64,000 nucleotides of DNA from Gemmatimonadota bacterium (GCA_039586815.1 JBDHJR010000004.1:95212-159211), one strand, 5' to 3'; positions 17,994-26,754 are shown, numbered from the stretch's first letter. Notes: generated by a model from the letters alone, not told the origin. Made by a program: numbers and translations.

Positions 17994-19609
17994 TGGCCAT
18001 CAAGGGCAGCCTCAAGGAGGCGTCGCTCGCCGACGTGCTGCAGCTCCTGGCGCTCGGTCAGAAGACCGGCTGTCTCTCGGTCACCGACCGCACCAATCTG
18101 GGGCACATCTACTTCAACCGCGGACAGATCACCTACGCGTCGCTCGTGAACCGCCGCGACCGGATCGGTGACATCCTGGTCAAGAACGGCAAGATCACAC
18201 AGGAGCAACTCCACGATGCCATCGATCAGCAGATTCGGCAGCGCGACAAGCGGGTCGGAGAGCTGCTGGTCGAGTCGGGCGCCATCGCGCGCGAGGAGCT
18301 GGAGCATTACATGCGGCTCCAGATCGAGGAGGCGGTCTTCTTCCTGTTCACCTGGACACGGGGTTCGTTCAACTTCGAGGCCGACGTCCACCCAGAGGAG
18401 CAGGACTTCCTCGTGGCAATCAAGCCGGAGTCCCTGGTGTTGGAGGGGGCGCGCCGTGTGGATGAGTGGAGCCTCATCGAGAAGAAGATCCCGTCGCTGG
18501 ACATCATCTTCACGGTCGACCAGCGCCGCATTGCCGCCTCACAGGTGAGCCTCACCGAGCAGCAGCAGCGATTGGTGCCGCTGCTCGACGGCTCCCGCGA
18601 CTTCACCAGGCTCGTCGAGGACTCAGGGCTGGTGGAGTTCGATGTGGGCAAGGCGCTGTACGGGCTGATCACCGCGGGGTTCGTGCACCGCACTGGGCGG
18701 AGTGAGCCGCAGGCGGCCGACGTCGGCGACGCCCGCGTGGACGAGCATCGCAATCTCGGGGTCGCATTCTACAAGACGGGGATGTTGGACGAGGCGACCC
18801 GCGAGTTCCGCCGGGTGGTGGACCTGCGGCCCTCCGACGGGAGTGCCTACTTCCACCTCGGGCTCATTGCGGTGAAGCAGGCCCACTGGCAGGAAGCTGC
18901 GGGGCATTTCAATCAGGCCGCCGAGCGGGGTGGCATGCGGCCTGCAGTGCTGCACAACCTGGCGCTGGCCTACGAGAAGGGCGGCCGTCTCGAAGAGGCT
19001 GAGGGCACGTATGCGGAGGCGGCGAGCAAGGCGCGCCGCGACACGCAAATCATGACGAGCTGGGGCATAGTCGCGTTGCAGCGCGGCGACCACGAAGTCG
19101 CCGCCGGCCGACTCGATCGGGCGCGCGAGGTTGGGGGAGACGAGATCCCCAGCGCCATGTGGTTCTGGGCGCGCTCCCTCTCGGCGGCGGCGCTCGAGGA
19201 GGTCGAGGAGGCCGAGGCGCTGCTGCGCGAAGGTCTCGAGGCCCATCCCGAGAGCGTGGTGCTGCGCAATAACCGAGCGGTGCTGCAGGAGCTCCTGGGA
19301 GACCTCGATGGGGCCGAGGAGACGCTGCGCGCGGCGCTGTCCGAGGACCCCTCCGTGCCACAGCTCTCCAAGAACCTGGGTGATCTCCACTATAGGGGAG
19401 GGCGCTACGACGAGGCCTGGGACGCCTACCAGCGCGCGGTCAAGCTGCAGCCCGAGCTGGGTGACGACGTCTACTTCAAGCTCGGCAACATCGCCTACAA
19501 GCGCCTCGACCGGGAATCGGCCGCCGAACTGTGGCGCAAGGCACTGGAGTTGAATCCCGGTCACGAGCTCGCCCGCACGAATCTCGACACCGTGAGCGCC
19601 CTTACGTGA
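17993..19609 (+). CDS. DUF4388 (PATAN-type) domain protein with long C-terminal TPR array
   Basis: MAIKGSLKEASLADVLQLLALGQKTGCLSV...GHIYFNRGQITYA is paralogous to the N-terminus of the 12646 gene. Same middle domain (LEGARRVDEWSLIEKKIP), then TPRs. GTG overlaps the previous TAG by 1 nt. Confidence 0.8.
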   Translation: MAIKGSLKEASLADVLQLLALGQKTGCLSVTDRTNLGHIYFNRGQITYASLVNRRDRIGDILVKNGKITQEQLHDAIDQQIRQRDKRVGELLVESGAIAREELEHYMRLQIEEAVFFLFTWTRGSFNFEADVHPEEQDFLVAIKPESLVLEGARRVDEWSLIEKKIPSLDIIFTVDQRRIAASQVSLTEQQQRLVPLLDGSRDFTRLVEDSGLVEFDVGKALYGLITAGFVHRTGRSEPQAADVGDARVDEHRNLGVAFYKTGMLDEATREFRRVVDLRPSDGSAYFHLGLIAVKQAHWQEAAGHFNQAAERGGMRPAVLHNLALAYEKGGRLEEAEGTYAEAASKARRDTQIMTSWGIVALQRGDHEVAAGRLDRAREVGGDEIPSAMWFWARSLSAAALEEVEEAEALLREGLEAHPESVVLRNNRAVLQELLGDLDGAEETLRAALSEDPSVPQLSKNLGDLHYRGGRYDEAWDAYQRAVKLQPELGDDVYFKLGNIAYKRLDRESAAELWRKALELNPGHELARTNLDTVSALT

Positions 19610-20421
19610 AGTCCACCGAGCGCGATCCCGCGCTGGTCGCGTTACTCGGGAAGATCGGCGAGGTACGTGGCTTCTGCGGCAACGCGTACAAAGAAGGATG
19701 TCTTCGCCGGCGCATCGCCGTGCGGATGCGTGCGCGGGGGGTGCACACCTACGAGCAGTACGCTCAGGTGCTCGACGGCGACACGGACGAATACGACCGC
19801 CTGCTCGACACCATTACCATCAATGTCACCAAGTTCTATCGCAACCGGGACACGTGGCAGCGGATCGCGGATGCGGTGCTACCCGAGCTGTGGCAGGCAC
19901 GTGAGGGCCGGGTGCGCTGCTGGTCGGCCGGCTGCGCGTCGGGCGAGGAGCCCTACACCCTGGCCGTCCTGTTCCTGGAGCTGGAGCGCTCGTTTCCGGG
20001 TGTACCGGGCGGGCGCAGCCGCATCGACGCGACCGACCTCGACCGCAAGAGCCTCGCGCACGCGGAAGAGGGTGTCTACCGGCCGGCGGCATTCGACGAG
20101 ATGCCGCCGGCGCTGGTGTCGCGCTACGTGCTGGGCGACGACTCTCGTCAGTTGGCGCCCGAGGTCAAGGGTATGGTGCGCTTCCACCAGCACGACCTCT
20201 TGCGCGATGCGCCGCCTCATCCTCCATACGACCTCATCATGTGTCGCAACGTGGTGATCTACTTCGACCGCTCCACGCAGGAGCGGCTCTTCCGCGGCTT
20301 CGTGGATGCGCTGCGGCCGGGCGGGTACTTCGTGCTGGGCAAGGTCGAGACACTGGTGGGTGAAGTGCGCCAGGAGCTCGAGCTCGTGGACGCCAGAGAG
20401 CGCATCTACCGACTGCCATGA
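19606..20421 (+). CDS. cheR: chemotaxis protein methyltransferase CheR
   Basis: TINVTKFYRN, RCWSAGCASGEEPYTLAV (SAM site), IMCRNVVIYFD. GTG 19606 in a GTGA overlap. Confidence 0.88.
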   Translation: MKSTERDPALVALLGKIGEVRGFCGNAYKEGCLRRRIAVRMRARGVHTYEQYAQVLDGDTDEYDRLLDTITINVTKFYRNRDTWQRIADAVLPELWQAREGRVRCWSAGCASGEEPYTLAVLFLELERSFPGVPGGRSRIDATDLDRKSLAHAEEGVYRPAAFDEMPPALVSRYVLGDDSRQLAPEVKGMVRFHQHDLLRDAPPHPPYDLIMCRNVVIYFDRSTQERLFRGFVDALRPGGYFVLGKVETLVGEVRQELELVDARERIYRLP

Positions 20422-20912
20422 GGAACACGAACGACCAGACCGTCATCGGAATGGGCGAGTACGCCGTGATCGACGGCAGCGGCACGCTGACGGCGCTCGG
20501 GCTCGGGAGCTGTGTTGCCGTGATCCTGCACGATCCCGACGGCCAGGTTGGAGCGATGGCCCATGTGCTGCTCCCGGCGCAGTCGCTCGCGCGACGGCGC
20601 AACAATCCCGCGCGCGCGGCCGACACCGCCGTACCGCTGCTGGTGGAGCAGATGAGGCAGCGGGGTGCGGTGCTGGAGCGGACGCGGGCCCGTCTCGTGG
20701 GAGGCAGCACGATGTTCGGCGACCTGCTGCCCACCGGGAGCGTGCACATCGGTGAGCGCAACGTGCTGGCGTGCCGCACGGCACTGCGGCAGGCTGGGGT
20801 TCCCATCGTAGCCGAGGCGGTGGGTGGGCGCGCGGGGCGCTCGGTCTTCTTCGACGTGGGGGAGGGGAAGGTCAGAGTGCGGGTGGTGGGCAAGGTGGAG
20901 ATCGAGCTGTGA
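20418..20912 (+). CDS. cheD: chemoreceptor glutamine deamidase CheD
   Basis: [14 protein letters not shown]...[21 protein letters not shown] motifs; 164 aa. Confidence 0.88.
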   Translation: MRNTNDQTVIGMGEYAVIDGSGTLTALGLGSCVAVILHDPDGQVGAMAHVLLPAQSLARRRNNPARAADTAVPLLVEQMRQRGAVLERTRARLVGGSTMFGDLLPTGSVHIGERNVLACRTALRQAGVPIVAEAVGGRAGRSVFFDVGEGKVRVRVVGKVEIEL

Positions 20913-21976
20913 GCCGAGTGGCGTCGGTACTGGTGGCAGACGACAGCGCTTTCATGCGGCGTGTCCTGTCGGACGTGATCGACGCCTCTGACCGGTATCG
21001 CGTCGTGGCGATCGCGCGCGACGGGCTCGACGCCGCAGAGAAGGTGCACCGCTTCGAGCCAGACGTCGTGACGATGGACATCGAGATGCCGCGGCTCGAC
21101 GGGCTCGGCGCCATCGGCTACATCATGAGCGAGTCGCCACGACCGATCGTCGTGGTCAGCGCCTATGCCGGACCCGGCACGGAAGCGGCGATTCGCGCAC
21201 TCGAGCTCGGCGCGGTGGAGGTGGTCGCGAAGCCGCGGGGCTCGGATCGCGAGGCGTTGGAGGCCCTGGGGCCGTCGCTCCTGGCGGCGCTGGACGCGGC
21301 GATGGCGGCGGAGTTGGATCGCGTGCCAATCCTGGCCCGCGCGCCGGTTCCCGTGGTGGTGCCGCCCCCGGTAGCGTGGGTGAAGGGGAGGGCGCGGTAC
21401 GCCATTGCCATTGCCGCGAGCACTGGCGGTCCGAGGGCGCTGGCAGAGGTGATCCCGCGACTGCAGGCGGGCAGCGACGCGGCGGTGCTCGTGGTGCAGC
21501 ACATGCCGGCAAACTTCACGCGGAGCCTGGCGGAGCGTCTCAATGCGTCGAGTATGGTACGAGTGGTAGAGGCGGACGACGGCGCGCCGCTGCTGGCGGA
21601 CACGGCCTACGTAGCTCCCGGGGATTATCACATGCGCGTCGAGTCGGGCGTGGACGGCCCCCAGCTGCAGTTGCGCCAGGACGAGCCCGTTTGGGGGGTG
21701 CGGCCGGCCGCGGATCCCCTGTTCAGGTCGGTAGCCCGGCTGTTCGGGGCGCAGTCGCTCGGCGTGGTGCTGACGGGAATGGGGCGCGACGGTGCAGAGG
21801 GATTGAGGGCAATCCGCGACGCCGGTGGCTTCGGGATGGCGCAGGACGAGGCGTCGGCGGTGATCTATGGGATGCCGCAAGCCGCGGTTGCCGCGGGAGG
21901 AGCCGAAGAGGTGGTGCCGCTCGACGCTATCGCATCACGCATCGAGGCGCGGCTCGAGGGGCGCGTAGGGGCATGA
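20909..21976 (+). CDS. cheB: protein-glutamate methylesterase CheB (receiver + esterase)
   Basis: Receiver [12 protein letters not shown]...[12 protein letters not shown]. Esterase triad context [29 protein letters not shown] 20909 in a GTGA overlap. Confidence 0.9.
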   Translation: MSRVASVLVADDSAFMRRVLSDVIDASDRYRVVAIARDGLDAAEKVHRFEPDVVTMDIEMPRLDGLGAIGYIMSESPRPIVVVSAYAGPGTEAAIRALELGAVEVVAKPRGSDREALEALGPSLLAALDAAMAAELDRVPILARAPVPVVVPPPVAWVKGRARYAIAIAASTGGPRALAEVIPRLQAGSDAAVLVVQHMPANFTRSLAERLNASSMVRVVEADDGAPLLADTAYVAPGDYHMRVESGVDGPQLQLRQDEPVWGVRPAADPLFRSVARLFGAQSLGVVLTGMGRDGAEGLRAIRDAGGFGMAQDEASAVIYGMPQAAVAAGGAEEVVPLDAIASRIEARLEGRVGA

Positions 21977-22401
21977 AGGGCTATCTTGTGGTTCAGGCCG
22001 GCGGAGTGCGCTACGGTGTGGCGCTGGCAGACGTGCGGCAGGTCATCGAGTTGCCGCGGGCGTACGCCGCACCAAGCACGCATCGCGCCGTGCTGGGCCT
22101 GATTCGAGCGGGTGGGCGGCTCATGCCGCTGGTGGACCTCGGCGCGCTGGTGGAAGTGGAGCGCGACCCCGCCCCAGAGGCGATGTTGGGGGTCGTTACG
22201 CGATGCGCGGAGCGGGTAGTGGCGCTGGCGGTGGACGATGCAGAGGCTGTGGTGCACGAAGACCCCGGGCCCCTGCCCGATGGATGGGATCTTCCCTGGG
22301 CCTCCGGGGTGGCCCGGGAGGGAGAGAATCTGATCCCGGTTCTAGACATGGACGTTCTGGCTGAGCGGCTCGTTTCCGTGAGCGCAACCGAGGAGAGATG
22401 A
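21973..22401 (+). CDS. cheW: CheW (copy 2)
   Basis: [23 protein letters not shown]...[18 protein letters not shown]...[15 protein letters not shown] 21973 in an ATGA overlap. Confidence 0.8.
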   Translation: MKGYLVVQAGGVRYGVALADVRQVIELPRAYAAPSTHRAVLGLIRAGGRLMPLVDLGALVEVERDPAPEAMLGVVTRCAERVVALAVDDAEAVVHEDPGPLPDGWDLPWASGVAREGENLIPVLDMDVLAERLVSVSATEER

Positions 22402-22874
22402 GTACGGGAGACGAAGTCCAGCTCGTCACCTTTCGTGTCGGTGGACACGACTTCGCGGTGAACATCTTCCAGGTGGAGCGTATCCTGCGTTACCAGGATC
22501 CCGCTCCCCTGCCAAAGGCTCCCGCCTATCTCGAGGGTGTGGTGCGGTACGGCGACGCGGTCGTGCCACTGATGGATCTGCGCAAACGCGTCGAGGCGGA
22601 TGCGCCGGTGCGCGACGACACCCGCATCATGATCCTCGAGCTCGAGGGCGAGAAGATTGGTGTCGTGGTGGATGCCGTGCAGGAGGTGCTGCGCGTGGGG
22701 GCGGAGCGGATCAGCCCTCCGTCATCGCTCGTGCGGGGGCTGGCGGCGAAGTACATCAGCGGTGTGGTCGCGGACGGCGATCGTACGTTCGTCGTGCTCC
22801 ACGCCGGCAAACTCCTCTCGTCGAAGGAGCGGCTGGAGCTCGAGAAGCTGCAAGTGGAGGCGTCTCATGAGTGA
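22398..22874 (+). CDS. cheW: CheW (copy 3)
   Basis: QLVTFRVGGHDFAVNIFQVERIL...EGVVRYGDAVVPLMDLRKR...IGVVVDAVQEVLRV. Confidence 0.85.
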   Translation: MSTGDEVQLVTFRVGGHDFAVNIFQVERILRYQDPAPLPKAPAYLEGVVRYGDAVVPLMDLRKRVEADAPVRDDTRIMILELEGEKIGVVVDAVQEVLRVGAERISPPSSLVRGLAAKYISGVVADGDRTFVVLHAGKLLSSKERLELEKLQVEASHE

Positions 22875-23724
22875 CTCCCTCATATCGTCGCTGCGCGGCG
22901 AATACGACTCCATCGCCCGGCGTCTCGGCTCAGATCCCGGCGGCGAGGAGCGCGAAGACCTCAAGGCCGAGATCATCACTCTGTTCAAGACCGTCGATCA
23001 GACGATTGCCGATCTCTCCGAGCTCAAGGAGAGCATCCGCGTGCTGGTGGACAAGTACAAGGAGCTGTCCCAGAGCGAGAGCGGCGACCAGGCGCCGCAG
23101 TTCACGGGCGCGGTTCCCGTCATGCAGGATCACCTGGGCGCCACCACGTTCATCGAGAAGGGCTGGAGCCTCATATCGCTGGGTGACTACGGCGGCGCGA
23201 TCCAGTCGCTCAACAAGGCGCTGCAGCTCTCCCCCGGCGACGTGCAGGCGCACTCGCTGCTGGGTTGGGCGCAGATGTTGAGTGAAGACTACGACTCGGC
23301 CATGGGGACCTTCCAGATGGTACTGGCGAAGGAGCCGGCGAATTCGCTGGCCCGCATCAACGTCGGGTACATCTGTCTCAAGAAGGAGATCTTCGGCGAG
23401 GCGATCGAGCACCTGTCCAAGGCGATCAGGCTCGACAACGACAAGAAGGCCACGCTCTACGCGCACTTCTATCTCGGGCTCGTGTACCTGGAGCGCGAGA
23501 TGTACGAGGACGCCCAGACGTTCTTCGGAAAGACCCTGAAACTCGGCCCGAACCTGATCGAAGCCTACTACGAGCTGGGGCGCTCGTACTGGCATGCAGG
23601 GGACCGCGATGCGGCCCAGCGGGCATGGGAGGAGGGGTATCAGGCCAACAAGTTCAATCCGTGGGGCAAGCGCTGCAAGGAGACGCTGGACCTGGTCGCG
23701 CAGGGCCAGGAGCCGCCACGCTAG
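22867..23724 (+). CDS. coiled-coil + TPR protein
   Basis: N-terminal about 70 aa is heptad-rich, then TPRs (AIQSLNKALQLSPGDVQAHSLLGWA, AIEHLSKAIRLDND...). ATG 22867 overlaps cheW by 8 nt. Confidence 0.75.
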   Translation: MSDSLISSLRGEYDSIARRLGSDPGGEEREDLKAEIITLFKTVDQTIADLSELKESIRVLVDKYKELSQSESGDQAPQFTGAVPVMQDHLGATTFIEKGWSLISLGDYGGAIQSLNKALQLSPGDVQAHSLLGWAQMLSEDYDSAMGTFQMVLAKEPANSLARINVGYICLKKEIFGEAIEHLSKAIRLDNDKKATLYAHFYLGLVYLEREMYEDAQTFFGKTLKLGPNLIEAYYELGRSYWHAGDRDAAQRAWEEGYQANKFNPWGKRCKETLDLVAQGQEPPR

Positions 23725-24584
23725 CAGCCCTCTTCCTCTTCTTGCTCGCGCTGCCGCAGCAGCCCTCCGTGGTGAACGTGGGCAGCGTGACGGTGGTGTA
23801 CTGGTCCGACGAGGCTACTGCAATAGCCCTCGCCGAGCTCGCCGACCGCGGCGGACCCTGGCCCGGCATTCCCCAGCCGCCCCCCCAGCGCATCCGCCTG
23901 GTCCTCGCGACCAACGATGCGCAGTTCGACTCGATCACCGCGGGACGACTCCCGGAGTGGGGAGCGGCGGCCGCCTATCCGGGGAGCCGCACCATCGTGT
24001 TGCAGGTGGATCGCGATTATCGCAGGCTGCTGAGGCACGAGATGGCGCACCTCGCCCTGCACAGCGTGGTACGGCGCGTTCCCCGCTGGTTCGACGAGGG
24101 ATACGCCGCTCACGCGGCGGCAGAGTGGGACCAGGCAGATGTGCTGCAGGTGAACTGGATCGTGCTGCGTGGCGTGGTGCCGACGCTGGCCGGTCTCGAC
24201 CGGCACATTCGGGACGGCGGTGCGGTGGAGGCCGAGGCGTCCTACGCGCTCGCGACCACGGCCGTGCGGCTGCTGGAGCGCCTGGGAGGTGAACGGGGCC
24301 TGGAGCCACTCATCACCACGTTGCGGGACACGCCGAACTTCGACGAGGCATTGCGCGGCACGTACCAGATCACGCTCGGGCAGTTCGAGACGATGTGGCG
24401 CCGTGACCTGCGCAGGCGCTACGGTTGGCTGTTGATCTTCAGCTCGGTGACGCTGTTCTGGGCCTTCGTGAGCCTGCTGCTGGTGGTGCTGTGGGCGAGG
24501 CGGCGGCAACGCGATCGGGAGCGGCGCCAAGCCCTTGAGAATGGGTGGTTTGTACCCGAAGATGAGTGGAACCCGGATGCTTGA
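23625..24584 (+). CDS. membrane-anchored HExxH metallopeptidase (peptidase MA-like)
   Basis: HEMAH at 24036-24050 followed by WFDEGYA (third-ligand Glu context). Hydrophobic N-terminal segment LAALFLFLLAL and C-terminal TM WLLIFSSVTLFWAFVSLLLVVLW. Start uncertain (ATG 23625 or GTG 23661). Confidence 0.65.
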   Translation: MGGGVSGQQVQSVGQALQGDAGPGRAGPGAATLAALFLFLLALPQQPSVVNVGSVTVVYWSDEATAIALAELADRGGPWPGIPQPPPQRIRLVLATNDAQFDSITAGRLPEWGAAAAYPGSRTIVLQVDRDYRRLLRHEMAHLALHSVVRRVPRWFDEGYAAHAAAEWDQADVLQVNWIVLRGVVPTLAGLDRHIRDGGAVEAEASYALATTAVRLLERLGGERGLEPLITTLRDTPNFDEALRGTYQITLGQFETMWRRDLRRRYGWLLIFSSVTLFWAFVSLLLVVLWARRRQRDRERRQALENGWFVPEDEWNPDA

Positions 24585-24617
24585 CGGCTTCGGAACCTGC
24601 GGTTAGCCTGAGTGTCT

Positions 24618-24803
24618 ATGTTAAATGGAATAGGGTCGCCCGCGCGGCTGCGGTTCCGGCGACGGAACCTGGTGCTTCTGGGCGGCGCGCTTGCCTCGAT
24701 CGCGGTCGGCTACGCGCTGCTCGCGGGGGGGTCGATCACGGTGGCGCCCGTACTGTTGGTGCTGGGCTACTGTGTCCTGTTCCCGCTGGGCTTGGCGCTC
24801 TGA
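24618..24803 (+). CDS. small two-TM membrane protein, unknown function
   Basis: 61-63 aa ORF with two hydrophobic spans. ATG 24618 lies 8 nt after a TTGACG-17-TAGCCT promoter-like element. No similarity recognised. Confidence 0.4.
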   Translation: MLNGIGSPARLRFRRRNLVLLGGALASIAVGYALLAGGSITVAPVLLVLGYCVLFPLGLAL

Positions 24804-24817
24804 GTTGACCGCCATTT

Positions 24818-24891
24818 GGGCGAATAGCTCAGGGGTTTAGAGCGCCTGCCTTACAAGCAGGAAGTCGGGGGTTCAAATCCCTCTTCGCCCA
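24818..24891 (+). tRNA. tRNA-Val (anticodon TAC)
   Basis: Hand-folded cloverleaf. Acceptor GGGCGAA/TTCGCCC, D arm GCTC-AGGGGTTTA-GAGC, anticodon arm CCTGC-CTTACAA-GCAGG, T arm GGGGG-TTCAAAT-CCCTC, discriminator A. 74 nt, no encoded CCA. Confidence 0.9.
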
Positions 24892-24950
24892 TCTCGCTTG
24901 ACGATGACCTGGCCCGGGTGAGACCGGGCCGCCAGAACCGGAGGGCGCAA

Positions 24951-26747
24951 GTGGTGCGGTGGACACCAATGATTGTTCGGACGATGGTGGCGGCAGTTGG
25001 CGTGAGCCTTGTGTGGACGGCCACGGCGACCAGTGCCAACGCGCAGTTCGGAGCTCCTACGGGGCCGCGAGAGCGCGTTCTGTTTCTGGTGCCCGCGACC
25101 GCCGACCCCACGGAGAGGGAGTTTGGGGCGGCCGTGGCGCTGGAAGTGCGCGACCGTATGACAGGGAAGTTCCGCAACGACGTCGTCACCGTCAGCAGCG
25201 AGCAAGTGTGCTCGGTGCTGCAAGAGTCGGCCTACGCGTGCGACGTGGCGCTCGGCCAAGCGGACGCCGACCGTCTGGCGCGCGCGCTGAGAGCCGACGC
25301 GTACATCATCGGCTCCATCTGGCGGGAGGAAGGCGCGCCGATGGGCCACTTCCGCATGGTGGATATCGGTCGCTCGGGCTTGTCGGGCTGGATGACCGTC
25401 GACGGCGCGGGCGATGAAACCGCAAGGGACTTCGCGCGCACGATCGCCGACTCGCTCGAACCGCAGGTGAGGGCCGCGGAGCGGGCGCGCCAGTGCTCCG
25501 ACGAGCGCGACCGCGGTGACTTCGAGGATGCCATAGACCGTGCCCACCGGGTGTTCCGCGATTACCCGAACCACCCGTCGTCTGCGATGTGTGCCGAGGT
25601 GGCCTCGGAAGCGCTCGAGGAGCCGGCAGATTCCCAGATCGTATACCTGCAGCGAGCCGTAGAAGGCGACCCGCTCCTGGGGCGGGCGTGGGAGCGTCTC
25701 GGGCTGCTGTATCAGCGGGCGGGCGATTCCACCGCCGCATTGGGTGCGTTCGTGAACCAGAGCCGCTCGGACGTGGCCGACCGGCAGTTGCGCATCGGCG
25801 TGATCGCCGGCGCCATCACGATGCAGGAGTATGAGACCGCGCGCGAGCTGGCCGACGAGTGGCTGGGCGGCAACCCGGGGGACGTCGAGGTGCTGCAGCT
25901 CCAGGCGCGCGCATGTATCGAGGGCAGTCTGTGGGACTGCGCCATGGACGCGCTGACGGCGCAGTACGCGGCCGACACCAGCCTGCACGGCCAGGACGTG
26001 TTCTACCAACAGGTGCTCGGGGCCGCTCAGGCACTGGGTGACGTGCACGCCGAGCTGGAGTGGTCGGGCCGGGCAGTGGCCAACATACCCGAGTCCACCG
26101 TGTTGTGGCGCGCGCACGCCACGGTGCTGGCGGCGGCCGCTGAGGACACGATCTTCGTCGAGGAAGAGCTGCGGGCGGTGCTCGCCGATTCGACGATCGT
26201 GGTGTACGAGCACATGCTGATGATGGACTCCACGGACGTGCGCAGCGCGGTGGCCGCCGCGACGTTCCTGCTGGACGGCCTCGTGGTGGACACGGCCGTC
26301 GCGCTCGACACGGAGAGGATGTTCAGGGGGTTCGAGTTCCTGGACCACGCCACGCGGGTCAGCGCCGACACTGCCGTGCTGATGAACGCTGCGGTGAAGT
26401 ACTATCAGACCGGCTCCGCGCTGGTGCAGACGCGGCAGCAGATCCCATTCGCGGTCGAGCTGTTGGAGAGGGCGGTCGAGTTCGACGTGCTGGGGCGGCT
26501 CACGGTGCAGAGCAACTTCTTCCTCGGGCTGGGCCTGATGTTCCGGATATTCGAGTTCGACCCCGAGGTCACCGCGACCGAGTCGTGCGATCTGGTGGAC
26601 CAGGAGGCCGACATGATCGCCCGCGGCAAGGCGGCGATGGCCATCGGCTCCGAGCTCGCACCGGAGCAGTCGCAGCAGTTCATGCAGCAGTTCGAAGCCT
26701 TCGAACAGCGGGTGCCGCAGCTGCGGCGTGCCTACAACTGCCGCTGA
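24951..26747 (+). CDS. secreted protein of unknown function (helical-repeat/TPR-like)
   Basis: Signal peptide MIVRTMVAAVGVSLVWTATATSANA-QF. GTG 24951 lies 5 nt after GGAGGG (alternative ATG 24969). Helical-repeat-like body. Confidence 0.7.
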   Translation: MVRWTPMIVRTMVAAVGVSLVWTATATSANAQFGAPTGPRERVLFLVPATADPTEREFGAAVALEVRDRMTGKFRNDVVTVSSEQVCSVLQESAYACDVALGQADADRLARALRADAYIIGSIWREEGAPMGHFRMVDIGRSGLSGWMTVDGAGDETARDFARTIADSLEPQVRAAERARQCSDERDRGDFEDAIDRAHRVFRDYPNHPSSAMCAEVASEALEEPADSQIVYLQRAVEGDPLLGRAWERLGLLYQRAGDSTAALGAFVNQSRSDVADRQLRIGVIAGAITMQEYETARELADEWLGGNPGDVEVLQLQARACIEGSLWDCAMDALTAQYAADTSLHGQDVFYQQVLGAAQALGDVHAELEWSGRAVANIPESTVLWRAHATVLAAAAEDTIFVEEELRAVLADSTIVVYEHMLMMDSTDVRSAVAAATFLLDGLVVDTAVALDTERMFRGFEFLDHATRVSADTAVLMNAAVKYYQTGSALVQTRQQIPFAVELLERAVEFDVLGRLTVQSNFFLGLGLMFRIFEFDPEVTATESCDLVDQEADMIARGKAAMAIGSELAPEQSQQFMQQFEAFEQRVPQLRRAYNCR

Positions 26748-26754
26748 CCGGCGC

